Below, one piece after another: positions 43,211 to 52,644 of a DNA stretch of 64,000 nt. Position 1 is the first letter of the stretch. Each line of letters starts with the position of its first letter. The notes under the pieces were generated by a model that ran no database searches, was not told the DNA's origin, and worked only from the letters and a program-made list of their open reading frames with translations. This stretch comes from Polyangiales bacterium (GTDB taxonomy: Bacteria; Myxococcota_A; Polyangia; Polyangiales; JADJQN01). The position numbers and the translations under genes were made by a program. The DNA is taken from positions 448,001 through 512,000 of the forward strand of contig CAXNJO010000002.1 in assembly GCA_964202905.1 (NCBI GenBank). Direction: 5' to 3'.

Positions 43211-43780
43211 ATGACGCCGCTCCTCCGCCTCTTCGTCGCGACCGCCCTCTATCTCCCCGTCGTGACGGGCTGCGCGGTGCGCTGCCCGGAGACCTGCATC
43301 GACGAGAGCGACGCCGGCGCGGATGCCTTCGCACCCGACGCCCCCGCGCCCGACGCCCCGCGCGACGCGGACGTCACCGACGTCGGCACATCGGACGCGG
43401 GCGCCGCAGACGCGTCGTTCGATGCCGCCGGGGACGTCGACGCCGACACGCTCGACGCGGCGACCTCGGGCGACGCCGCTGCGAGCGACGACGCAGGCCT
43501 CGCGTGCGATCCGACGCGCATCCGCTTCCTGCCCGCGGGCACGCTCATGGAGGGCCGCCTCTGCGACGACGTCTTCGCCTGCGTGCCCACGCGCGCCGAC
43601 GCCGTCGCCCTCGAAGCCGCCGCGCCCCTCTTCGACTGCGCGATCCCGACGGAAGGCGCCTGCGGGGGCGTGAGCTGCGTGATGCGCCCCTCGCTCCTCG
43701 ACGCCGCCGAAGTCGCCCAGATCTGCGCGGTGACGACGCTGCCCGCGCTCACCGATCTGGTCTGTTTCGTCTACCTCTGA
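43211..43780 (+). CDS. Small Cys-rich lipoprotein
   Basis: VVTGC lipobox; DA-rich linker; C-terminal Cys domain. Confidence 0.65.
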   Translation: MTPLLRLFVATALYLPVVTGCAVRCPETCIDESDAGADAFAPDAPAPDAPRDADVTDVGTSDAGAADASFDAAGDVDADTLDAATSGDAAASDDAGLACDPTRIRFLPAGTLMEGRLCDDVFACVPTRADAVALEAAAPLFDCAIPTEGACGGVSCVMRPSLLDAAEVAQICAVTTLPALTDLVCFVYL

Positions 43781-44345
43781 GCGGCCGAAGCACGCCGGCC
43801 CGGCCTTCCACGCGCGCCCCAGCTCGCGCGGATGCGCGAGACGGCAGCCCGTGTAGACGAGCATCGCCGCCAGCGCCGCGAGCGGGTTGCGGCGCACGAG
43901 CCCGGGCGCGAGCGCGACGAAGAACAGCAAGAAGAGCCCGAGGAAGAGGTTGGCGCGACGCGTGCGGCCGCCGCCGTCCACGTTGGCCGACGAGCGCACG
44001 ATCTCCGAGATCATCGGCAGTCCACCGAGCAGGCCGGCCACGACGTTCGCGTCGCCCTGCGCGACGAGGTCGCGGTCCAGCGACGCGCGCCGCCGCCACG
44101 GATCGAGCGTCTCGATCGCCTTCGCCGAGAGCACCGACTCGAGCCCCGCGACGATCGTGAAGAGCGCGACGTGCTTCCAGAACGCGGGCTCGGCGAGCGG
44201 CGCGAAGTCGGGAAACGTCACCATCGCCGAGAGCCGCTCCGGCACACGCACGAGGTGCTCCGGCCCGACGCGGAACACCGCGTCACCCCACGTCAGCACG
44301 CGCGCTTCGCCGAGCCCGAGCAGCCCGCCGATCGGCATCGTGACG
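43781..44345 (-). pseudogene. SulP (SLC26) anion transporter internal fragment
   Basis: LESVLSAKAIETLDP...DRDLVAQG...GGLPMISEIVRSSANV...PLAALAAMLVYTG; both ends missing. Confidence 0.85.
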
Positions 44346-44394
44346 AGCCCGCCGCGCGCACCGAGACGCAGCGCTTCCGCACGCGCCGCCTCGC

Positions 44395-44645
44395 GCGTCA
44401 GCCCGTCAGCATCGTCTCGGCGCGCCCGCTCCCCGGCTTCCGCTTCCCCGCCGATCTCGGCACGCACCCGATGATCCTGCCCGGCGCGACGAGCGAGCTG
44501 CGCACCGAGTTCGACGCCCTCTGCGAGCGGCTCGGCGTCCGCCCCCGCATCCGCGCCGAGGTCGACGACATGGCCACGATGTGTCTGCTCGCGCGCGACG
44601 GCGACGCGCTCGTGCTCGTGCCCTCCGTCGTCGTGCGCGACGACG
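44395..44645 (+). pseudogene. LysR (NhaR-like) substrate-binding domain fragment
   Basis: PMILPGATSELRTEFDALCERLGVRPRIRAEVDDMA...VPSVVVRD; no HTH. Confidence 0.75.
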
Positions 44646-44662
44646 AAGGGGATGCGTGCGGC

Positions 44663-45298
44663 TCAGCCCGCCGCGACGACCGCGCGCACGCCGTCGATCA
44701 CGAACTGCACGGCGAGCGCCGCGAGCAGGAGCCCCATGATGCGCGTCAGCACGCTGGTGCCGGTCGGTCCGAGGACGCGCGCGAGCCGCGGCGCGAGGCG
44801 CATCACCAGCCACGTCGCCGCGCAGGTCACCGCGATCGCGGCGAACACCACCGCGCGCTCGGCGACCGACGACGCCCGCCCGGAGAGCATCACCACGCTC
44901 GCGATCGCACCCGGCCCCGAGACGAGGGGAATCGCGAGCGGGATCACGGCCACATCCTCGTGTTCCCGGTGCGCGCCCTCCGCATCCGGGGCGCTCTGCT
45001 GCGGCGCGCGCTCGCCGCGCACCATCTCGAGCGCCACGAGGAAGAGCAGGAGCCCCCCCGCGATGCGGAACGCGTCGAGCGTGATCCCGAACGCCTGAAA
45101 GACGATGTGCCCCGCGGTCGCGAACACGGCGAGCACGCCCGCGCCCACCAGCGCGGCGCGCCGCGCGACGGCGCTGCGCTTCTCCGCCGGGAGATGGCGC
45201 GTCGTCGCGAGGAAGGGCGGTGCGATGCCGATGGGATCGACGACGGTGAAGACCGTCGTGAACGCGACCAGCGCGAACCGCCAGAGTGAGCCCTCCAT
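44663..45298 (-). CDS. MarC family membrane protein
   Basis: VVDPIG, FRIAGGLLL, PLAIPLVSGPGAI, TRIMGLLLAALAVQF. Confidence 0.92.
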   Translation of the reverse strand: MEGSLWRFALVAFTTVFTVVDPIGIAPPFLATTRHLPAEKRSAVARRAALVGAGVLAVFATAGHIVFQAFGITLDAFRIAGGLLLFLVALEMVRGERAPQQSAPDAEGAHREHEDVAVIPLAIPLVSGPGAIASVVMLSGRASSVAERAVVFAAIAVTCAATWLVMRLAPRLARVLGPTGTSVLTRIMGLLLAALAVQFVIDGVRAVVAAG

Positions 45299-45515
45299 GG
45301 CGCCCACGTCCTACGCCCGGCGCGCCGCGCTGTCGAGGGACGAAGACCCGCAAGCCGACCCCGGACGGACATCGAGTCGCCGCGGTGGTGGCGTTCGGCG
45401 AAATAACGATGAACGGATGGAAGCCCGTCCTCCAGCGAACCTCGTCTGCACTTGAGCACGGCCGCGGGCATTGCGCGGCTTGCTCGCGAGAGTGGGGTTG
45501 GGGCACGATGCGCGG

Positions 45516-46202
45516 ATGAACGGCGACCTGTTCGTTGATCACCAAAACGACTATCGCGTGTTTCGTGATGCGCAGGGGCGACTGCGCATCGGCGTGCTCG
45601 CTGGCAGCGTGGCCATGTATGAAATCGGGGTGACACTCGACGACGCGGAGCTCAAGGAGCTCGTCGCGTCGTCGAAGGCGTACTTCGATGCGCTTGCGCG
45701 CACGATCTTGCACGAGCCGCATCGCCATTCTCTGCGTGACTCGCTCGAGAGAGGTTTCACTCAGCACACATCACTGCGGTATTCGGACGTGCATGGCCTG
45801 TGGGGCGGCATGGTCGTCGACGTCGGCGGTGACGGCACGCTGAAGGTGATGGCGAAAGGGCCAGGAGGCCCGTTTCGTGGTGACGCGAAGTTTTCGGCGC
45901 AGGTGACGACTGATGAGCTCCGCGAGCTCGCGGCGATTCTGGTCGAAGGGCGCGTGTGGGAATCGGTGGCCACGATTCAATCGCGTCATCCGAAGGGACT
46001 GCCGCCCGACACGAAGCTCGCGACCATCACCTTGACGCTCACGAACGTTCCGCCGTTCGAACGCGTCGAAGCGATTCCGCACGGAGAGTCGACCTCGTTC
46101 GTCACGAAGCTCAAAACCTGGTGCGAAGAGCGTGCTCGAACATACGCGTTGTCTGCCTCGTTGAACCAAGAGGATCCCCTCGGAATACGCCGTCGATTCT
46201 GA
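45516..46202 (+). CDS. Hypothetical protein, visibly more AT-rich than flanks
   Basis: Open ORF with protein-like composition (GSVAMYEIGVTLDDAE). Confidence 0.65.
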   Translation: MNGDLFVDHQNDYRVFRDAQGRLRIGVLAGSVAMYEIGVTLDDAELKELVASSKAYFDALARTILHEPHRHSLRDSLERGFTQHTSLRYSDVHGLWGGMVVDVGGDGTLKVMAKGPGGPFRGDAKFSAQVTTDELRELAAILVEGRVWESVATIQSRHPKGLPPDTKLATITLTLTNVPPFERVEAIPHGESTSFVTKLKTWCEERARTYALSASLNQEDPLGIRRRF

Positions 46203-46375
46203 GAGTTTCCGGGCATGCCGCACGCCCGTCGTCGCCCTGCTCGCCGCCGCCGCCCTTCGCACCCGCTGTGTCCGGAGAGGGCAGGCGCAGAGGGCCTTTT
46301 CGACACTCCGTGCTTCGACGCGCGACCTCGCGCGATTCTGGGAATGTCCGCGCGCCCGTGGCACCAATGCGCCCC

Positions 46376-47380
46376 ATGCGAAATCGACGAACCGCCGCGA
46401 TCACGATGTCCCTCCTGCTGGCGCTCGTTGCTGGTTGCGTAGAGGACGACGGTCCGGCCGACCTCGGAGGACGCGATGCCACGGTCGACACGGGCATGGC
46501 CGACGCAGGGCCGGTCAGCGACGCAGGGCCGGTCAGCGACGCAGGGCCGCCGAGCGACGCAAGCTCGCCGCTCGATGGGGCCGTGCCGGCCTGCTCGAGC
46601 GAGTCACCAGGGGTTGGCTTCACGCGGATCCCGGCCGGCACCTTCATGATGGGCTCACCCCTCGGCGAGCCCTTTCGCGAGGCAGAGGAGGGGCTGCACG
46701 AGGTCACGTTGTCACACGACTTCTGGCTGGGCACCACCGAGGTGACACAAGCGCAGTGGCGCGCGCTGATGGCGAGCAGTCCATCGGGGTTCCCGGCGTG
46801 CGGCGACACCTGCCCGGTGGAGTCGATCAGCTGGCTCGAGGCCATCGCCTATGCGAACGCTCGCTCACGCGAGGAGGGGTTGCCCGAGTGCTATCTCGCC
46901 GACGGAAACGTCGTGGCCGGAGGGAGCATCTACGAGTGCTGTGGCTATCGCCTTCCGACGGAGGCTGAGTGGGAATACGCCGCGCGCGCCGGCACCACGA
47001 CCGCGACGTACGCCGGCGACCTCTTGGGTGGCCCACAGGATTGCGCCTCCGAGGGGACCGTCGTGAACGGGAGCGCGTGGTGGTGCGGGAACTCTGGGCT
47101 CCAAACGCATCCAGTCGGCGAGAAGGCGCCGAACGCCTTCGGTCTCCGCGACATGCTTGGCAACGTCTGGGAGTGGACGCACGACTGGTACGGCTTCAAC
47201 GCGGGTCCGATCACCGACCCAGCCGTCTCGACCGACGTCGAGGGACTCGGCTCTCGACTGCTCCGCGGTGGCAGTTGGATCAATCAAGCCGGACTCCTGC
47301 GCGCCGCGTACAGGGCGCGCGCGCTACCGACGGACGCCGACACGATCACTGGGCTCCGCCTCGCGCGAACCGCGCTCTGA
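46376..47380 (+). CDS. Formylglycine-generating enzyme (FGE/SUMF1) domain lipoprotein
   Basis: VAGC lipobox; IPAGTFMMGS, TEVTQAQW, YRLPTEAEWEYAAR, PNAFGLRDMLGNVWEW, RGGSW. Confidence 0.92.
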   Translation: MRNRRTAAITMSLLLALVAGCVEDDGPADLGGRDATVDTGMADAGPVSDAGPVSDAGPPSDASSPLDGAVPACSSESPGVGFTRIPAGTFMMGSPLGEPFREAEEGLHEVTLSHDFWLGTTEVTQAQWRALMASSPSGFPACGDTCPVESISWLEAIAYANARSREEGLPECYLADGNVVAGGSIYECCGYRLPTEAEWEYAARAGTTTATYAGDLLGGPQDCASEGTVVNGSAWWCGNSGLQTHPVGEKAPNAFGLRDMLGNVWEWTHDWYGFNAGPITDPAVSTDVEGLGSRLLRGGSWINQAGLLRAAYRARALPTDADTITGLRLARTAL

Positions 47381-47506
47381 GCCGCGCCCGCCGACGCGCG
47401 GGGGCTTGGTACGCTCCCGGGCGATGCGAGACGCGCAATCGACCGACACCCTCGACGCCCATGCGCCCACCGCGCCGGCACGCGGCGACGACGACGACGA
47501 CGACAT

Positions 47507-47538
47507 CACACGGGCCCCGACGGGCCCGTGTGTCGTTT
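47507..47538 (+). terminator. GC-rich hairpin, possible intrinsic terminator
   Basis: CACACGGGCCC-CGAC-GGGCCCGTGTG (11-bp stem) followed by TCGTTT. Confidence 0.4.
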
Positions 47539-47590
47539 GGGCTCTACACGGCGTTTGACCGACGACAGTGTCCACGACGACACTGCGACG

Positions 47591-48364
47591 ATGGTCCCTC
47601 GCCTCATCACGATTCCGTTTTCGCACTACTGCGAGAAGGCCCGTTGGGCCCTTGACCGTCGCGGCATCGCCTTCGTCGAAGAGGGCCATCTTCCCGTTTT
47701 GCACACCCGCGCCACCCGCGCCGTCGGCGGCCGCAGCACGCCGCTGCTTGTCATCGACGACGGTGGTCAGCTCCGGTCGCTGACGGACTCCACCGATATC
47801 CTCCGCTACGCGGATACGGCCGGCACCCGCGGCGAGCGTCTCTTTCCCCCCGCCGACAGCGCCGTTGGTGAGGAGGTCGCTGCGTTGGAGGACCGCTTCG
47901 ACGAGGTCCTTGGGCCCCATGCCCGGCGGCTGGGCTACTTCTTCCTCCTCGACGACACGACAGCGATGCGGGGCCTCCTCAAGGGTGCGGCAGTGCCTGG
48001 CTTCGAGCGGGCGCTAGCCTTGTCGGCGTTGCCACTGGTCAAGGCGATGCTCCGTCGGGGGCTCAAGATCTCGGCGGACGGCGCCGCCCGGTCCCGGGTT
48101 CGCATCGAGGAGGTCTTCGCCGACGTCGAGGCCCGTCTGGCGGATGGTCGACGCTTCCTGGTGGGCGACCGCTTCACGGCCGCCGACCTCACCTTCGCGG
48201 CCCTGGCGTCGCCCCTCGTCATGCCGCCGGCCTGCGAGGGGTACCTGTTGCCCCTCACAGCTTTTCGCGAGCCCTTCCGACGTTCCGTCGACCACTGGCG
48301 GGCAACGCGGGCCGGGGCCTTCGCGATGGCGATGTTCGACAGCGAGCGCACCGCGAAACCCTGA
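47591..48364 (+). CDS. Glutathione S-transferase family protein
   Basis: IPFSHYCEKARWALD, LTDSTDI, FLVGDRFTAADLTFAAL. Confidence 0.92.
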   Translation: MVPRLITIPFSHYCEKARWALDRRGIAFVEEGHLPVLHTRATRAVGGRSTPLLVIDDGGQLRSLTDSTDILRYADTAGTRGERLFPPADSAVGEEVAALEDRFDEVLGPHARRLGYFFLLDDTTAMRGLLKGAAVPGFERALALSALPLVKAMLRRGLKISADGAARSRVRIEEVFADVEARLADGRRFLVGDRFTAADLTFAALASPLVMPPACEGYLLPLTAFREPFRRSVDHWRATRAGAFAMAMFDSERTAKP

Positions 48365-48420
48365 GCGCCCTCAGGGCAGGATCGGGGTGACTGCGGCTTC
48401 GGCGCGCCGACGTGCGCGGC

Positions 48421-48687
48421 TCAGGCGTCGGCGGACTTCGGCGCCGCGCTCTTCGCAGCGGCCTTGCTCTTCGCGCCGGGCAAGGCGACCGCGTTCGGGT
48501 CCTCCTCGGGCGTCACCGGCACATCGCGCGTCGTGCCGGGATACATCGACTCCGCGAGCCGGCGCAGGATCGCCGTCGCCTCCTGCTGCGAGCGCCGCAT
48601 GATGTTCAGCTCGCGAGCGATGATGAGCAGCATGAGCAGCACGATGACGAACAGCGCGATCAGCAGAATGACGTCGGTCGTTTGCAT
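48421..48687 (-). CDS. Small single-TM hypothetical protein
   Basis: GAGGAG RBS; N-terminal hydrophobic helix. Confidence 0.65.
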   Translation of the reverse strand: MQTTDVILLIALFVIVLLMLLIIARELNIMRRSQQEATAILRRLAESMYPGTTRDVPVTPEEDPNAVALPGAKSKAAAKSAAPKSADA

Positions 48688-48793
48688 AAGCGGTCTCCTC
48701 GTTGGGCCTCGACGGTACAGCAGAACGACGCACGCGACGGGGCGCTGATTCGCGGCGCGGCTGCAGGCGCTGTGGTTCCGCGGTTGGCTGCCT

Positions 48794-48820
48794 TGACCTG
48801 CCCGCATTCTTCGGACCACC
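48794..48820 (+). mobile_element. Isolated IS3-family terminal inverted repeat
   Basis: TGACCTGCCCGCATTCTTCGGACCA closely matches the end at 42885. Confidence 0.6.
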
Positions 48821-48885
48821 GATGGCTGGAGTCGAGCGGCTGCACTCGCACCTCGAGCCGGCGGAGTCGCGCCGCGGCGCCACGC

Positions 48886-49386
48886 TCAGGGCGGGCGCTG
48901 ACCGCCGTCCGGCGCGACCGGGATCGTGTGGATCTGACCATCGCGGTCCACGGTGATCGCGATCTCACCGCGAGCAGCCGCCTCGGCGAGCGCCGCCGTC
49001 GCTGGATCCACGTCGTCGAGGCTCATCCGCTCGTCGTACGCGTCCTGCGACGCCCGCTGCAGCGCCTCGCGAACGCGGTCGCGCTCCGTGGCGCGGATCC
49101 ACATCCCTGCAACCGAGACGAGAAGCATCGGCAGCGCCATGAGCAACAGCATCGCGCGCGTCGGCGGCGGGCGCTTTGGCGCAGGCGCCGCTACGCCCGC
49201 GTCGGCCTCGGGCACGTCGTCCACGGCGCGCGGAGCGCCCCTGTCGCCGCGGCCCCGCGCGACCAGCAGCTCGCGGGCGACGCCGCGCGCCACCTCGGAG
49301 TCATCACCGTTCGCAGCGATGTCGCCGAGCGTCTCGTCGGAGTGCGCCTCGAACTGCACCCGCAGGCTGTCGCGGTCTATCTTCAT
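48886..49386 (-). CDS. Hypothetical single-TM protein
   Basis: MKIDRDSLRVQFEAHSDETL...; TM helix. Confidence 0.6.
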   Translation of the reverse strand: MKIDRDSLRVQFEAHSDETLGDIAANGDDSEVARGVARELLVARGRGDRGAPRAVDDVPEADAGVAAPAPKRPPPTRAMLLLMALPMLLVSVAGMWIRATERDRVREALQRASQDAYDERMSLDDVDPATAALAEAAARGEIAITVDRDGQIHTIPVAPDGGQRPP

Positions 49387-49429
49387 GGGGGTGGCCCGCT
49401 CCAGTGTAGGTCGATGCGCCTGCCGCTGG

Positions 49430-49567
49430 GAGCGCGAGAGCGACGCCGAGCGCTGCGTCGACACGGCTGATGGACTCGCGCGGCAGCGTACCGAAGACTC
49501 CCGCGAGCTCGTCCTTCCACAGCGTGCCGATCTCCGCGTGCTTCGCCGTGCTCGGGGTCGGGACGTA
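49430..49567 (-). pseudogene. PemK/MazF-like toxin C-terminal fragment
   Basis: PSTAKHAEIGTLWKDELAGVFGTLPRESISRVDAALGVALAL resembles the PemK C-terminus; no N-terminal half is recognisable. Confidence 0.45.
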
Positions 49568-49701
49568 CGGCTCGCGACGCTGTTTTACACGGAGCGTCGT
49601 GGGGTGGGGGACCCAGAGGGCTTTGCCCGATGGGGAGAGTCTGCGGCAGACCCTCCGGAAGAAACCACATGATGGATCGCGGTCGACGCGATCCTGTGTA
49701 G

Positions 49702-50541
49702 TCAGCGCGCAGCGTCGTGTGCTTGTGGCGCCGGCACGTCGGGCACGAACGGGCTGTCCTCCATGTCGCGGTAGATCTGCGCGTAGTCGCTCGCGAACGG
49801 ATCCGCGTCGCTCGCGTAGAGCCAGCCGGCGATTCCTGACACGTTGAGCAGCGCGGCGAGCGCGCCGATCACGACGGCCGCCCAGAACGTCGATGGACGC
49901 GTGAGCACGCCGGGCAGGCGCTGCTTCATCACGCCGAGCGCGATCGGGACGCCGTGCGCCGCGTGATAGACGCCGGCGACGCCGAAGATCGCGTAGTACG
50001 GCAGGAAAAACCACGGCAACCACGCGATGCTGAACTGCAGTCCGACGAACTCGGGATACACGCCATGGACGAGCGAGGCACCGCGCGTCGCGAGGACATG
50101 GCCTGTCATGACCAGCAGCAAGTACCACGCTGCATAGCGATGGAGCCGTGTCCGAATGGGCGCGTCCGTGGTGCGAGTGCGGCGCTTCACCAACGCGCGA
50201 ATACCGGCGACGACATGCACGAGCAGCGGCAGAAAGACGAGCAACACCTCGATCACCGGGCTCTGATAGGCGCGCCGCACGATGCGTTGAAGCGGGTCGT
50301 AGGCGCCGGGGATCGCCGCGAGCATGGCGTTCAGCAGATGCACGGACGCGAACGAGGTGAGCGCAATGCCGCTGATCGCCTGCGCGCGTCGGAACGCGAG
50401 GTGGAGGGCGCGCTCGCGTGCGCTCGGCACGGCAGAACTCGCGGTCGTTCCAGCGCTGGAGCCTGCAGTCGCGTCGGCGCGGGAGCCAGGGGTCGAGTCG
50501 ACGGGAGAGACGGTTGAGTGAGTGTCCCCGGGGGACTCCAC
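49702..50541 (-). CDS. His-containing multi-TM protein, cytochrome-b-like / MCP1 (DUF1691)-like
   Basis: FASVHLLN, YQSPVIEVLL, LLVHVVAG, MTGHVLATR, VYHAAHG. Confidence 0.65.
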   Translation of the reverse strand: MESPGDTHSTVSPVDSTPGSRADATAGSSAGTTASSAVPSARERALHLAFRRAQAISGIALTSFASVHLLNAMLAAIPGAYDPLQRIVRRAYQSPVIEVLLVFLPLLVHVVAGIRALVKRRTRTTDAPIRTRLHRYAAWYLLLVMTGHVLATRGASLVHGVYPEFVGLQFSIAWLPWFFLPYYAIFGVAGVYHAAHGVPIALGVMKQRLPGVLTRPSTFWAAVVIGALAALLNVSGIAGWLYASDADPFASDYAQIYRDMEDSPFVPDVPAPQAHDAAR

Positions 50542-50627
50542 GCGCCAGACGAGGCAGACGGGCCCACTGTGACACGGCGACGAAGACGTTCTGCGCGCTC
50601 GCGTTGGAGCGCTGGACTCAGAGCTGA

Positions 50628-50669
50628 GACAACGCCGTCGCCGAGAGCTTCTTCACCACCTTGAAGAAG
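50628..50669 (+). mobile_element. IS3 transposase catalytic-motif scar
   Basis: Translates DNAVAESFFTTLKK, preceded by TGA where TGG is expected. Confidence 0.6.
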
Positions 50670-50734
50670 GTCTTCGCGAAGCTCGCCACGTGGACGAAGC
50701 TGCAGGTAGGGTGAGGCGCGAAGAAGGGGTCTCC

Positions 50735-51403
50735 TCAGGGAACGAACCCGTCAAGGAACTCGTCGACGCAAATCGTGCCCGGACCGCAACCCACAATGCC
50801 CATGATGCCCGTGTCCGTGCACGTGGCGTCGCCGCAACCCTCGCATGTGCCGCTGACGGCGTACGCGCACGTCCCCACGTCGCTCGCGTCGGCAGGGGTC
50901 GCCGAGCGACATGAACCGCCGACGTCGAAGGTGCAGCGCGCGAGGAGGGTGCCAACCGGCCCTGTTTCCGTCGTGCACTCCGAGTCGGAGCGACACGCGT
51001 CTGTCGTGCCAACGGGGCCGGCGGGCCGTTGGCAGCGTGGAACGCTCTCGGGGTCGTTGCGACAGACCAAGCCTTCGAAACATTGCGACTCGCTCGTGCA
51101 GCGGATGCCGGGTTCGAACTTGGAAACGCACAACGGCACGCTGCGGCCGTCGAGGAAGGCGCAGACCAGGTCGACAGTGCATGCGTCATTGCCAAGCATC
51201 GGACAGCAAGGGGCGTACTCAGCGCCAGCAGGAGGGAGACTCGTGCAGTCCACGAGCGCGGGGTCGGGGACACCCGTGGTTGCATCCGGACGGCCGCCGT
51301 CGCTGTCGCCGTCCACCACGCTGCCACGACGCCTATCGGTGCAAGCGATGAGAGTGATGGCGACGAGAGCGACGAAGGCGAGAAGGGCAGGCAGCTTCCT
51401 CAT
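50735..51403 (-). CDS. Cys-rich lipoprotein
   Basis: LIAC lipobox; numerous Cys. Confidence 0.7.
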   Translation of the reverse strand: MRKLPALLAFVALVAITLIACTDRRRGSVVDGDSDGGRPDATTGVPDPALVDCTSLPPAGAEYAPCCPMLGNDACTVDLVCAFLDGRSVPLCVSKFEPGIRCTSESQCFEGLVCRNDPESVPRCQRPAGPVGTTDACRSDSECTTETGPVGTLLARCTFDVGGSCRSATPADASDVGTCAYAVSGTCEGCGDATCTDTGIMGIVGCGPGTICVDEFLDGFVP

Positions 51404-51450
51404 GGCGCGGAGGATTCCCCCCACCCCGCGTTCGAGTCAACGGGGACTTG

Positions 51451-51530
51451 CGAGCTTGCTCCAGTTCAGTAGACAGATTGCCAACTCGCTGCTGCCTGCT
51501 TTGCCATCGTGCACTCCAAGCGCTCGAGGC
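51451..51530 (-). mobile_element. IS3-family right-end remnant
   Basis: Shares CTGCTTTGCCATCGTGC with the remnant near 40285; terminal (C)GAGCTTGCTCCAGTTCAGTAGACA resembles the end at 63283. Confidence 0.6.
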
Positions 51531-51589
51531 TCGGCTCGCCGATGATCCGTTCGAAAAGACAGAACGTTGATATGCGAAACGCGCTATTT

Positions 51590-52015
51590 CCATGCACCGC
51601 GCGCTTCGCCGAGGCTGTCGGCGTCCCGTCGGTCGGAGGCGCCGGATTCTCGCTCTCCATCGAGGGCCGCTACGTCGTGGCACTCCCGCTCTCGCTCGAG
51701 GCCGTCTTCGGCGTGCAGCTCGGCGGGCGCCTGCGCTTCGTCGACGTCGGCGGTTGGCCCGAGCTCGACGGCGCGACGCAGTGGGGATTCTCCGTCGCAC
51801 CCATCCTCGGCATGCAACTCCCCATCTGGCGGATCAACGACCTCGGCTCGCGCGCGCTCCTCGCGCTCGAAGGCGTGCCCGAGTGGCGATTCCGGGCCGA
51901 TCCGCGCATCTCCGCGCCCGCCACCGACTTCGTCACGCGCGACCGGCTCGCCGCCGCGCTCTCGGGAACCGAGCTCGGCGTCCGCATCCAGATGGGGATT
52001 CGCCTCGAGCTGTGA
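51590..52015 (+). pseudogene. 3' portion of a beta-strand-rich (outer-membrane-like) protein
   Basis: Amphipathic strands ending GVRIQMGIRLEL; no signal peptide; IS remnant lies just upstream. Confidence 0.4.
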
Positions 52016-52048
52016 GCGCGCCGGCGGCGCCCCTCGTTCCTCGCCGTC

Positions 52049-52252
52049 GAAGAGAGCCTCAAGGCCGGCCCGCCGAGCGGTGTGCCCCCCGAGATGATCG
52101 CCTCCATCCGCGAGACGCGCGTCGCGCTGAAGGGCCCGCTCGAGACGCCCGTCGGCTTCGGCGAAAAGAGCGCGAACGTCACGCTCCGCAAGCTCTTCGA
52201 GACCCACGCGAACGTCCGCCCCGTGCGCGAGATGCCCGGCGTGCAGACGCCA
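52049..52252 (+). pseudogene. icd: Isocitrate dehydrogenase N-terminal fragment
   Basis: SGVPPEMIASIRETRVALKGPLETPVGFGEKSANVTLRKLFETHANVRPVREMPGV, after which similarity ends. Confidence 0.85.
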
Positions 52253-52644
52253 ACTCGGCGCGATGCGCCAGTTCTGATTGCGCTGAATCCCACGCTACCC
52301 CTCCGAAAAATGGATTCGCGACTGCCGCCTTCGTCCCATCTCGAATCCATGCGCGGGACGATTGGACCGCAGCGCCATCGCCCCGCGCGGGGCCTCGACG
52401 TCAGCGTGAGTCCGGAGTCCGCTGCGCGTCCGCGACGCGCCGCCGTGTACGGCCGTGCACGTCGCTCGGCGAAGCCATCGACGAGCAGCCCCACACCGCA
52501 GAAGAAGACCAGCGCGATGCCGAGTCCCTGCGTGCAGTCACTGCGCGTCTTCGGCGCATCGCGACACCGGACATCTCACGACGTCGCCCGCCCCCTGCGC
52601 GGCGCCCACGCCAACAGGCCCACCGCGGGCATCGTCACGCTCGG

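Noticed and set aside
46376..47380. FGE/CLec-fold gene as a diversity-generating retroelement target
   Set aside because: No reverse transcriptase and no template repeat of its 3' end in the window.
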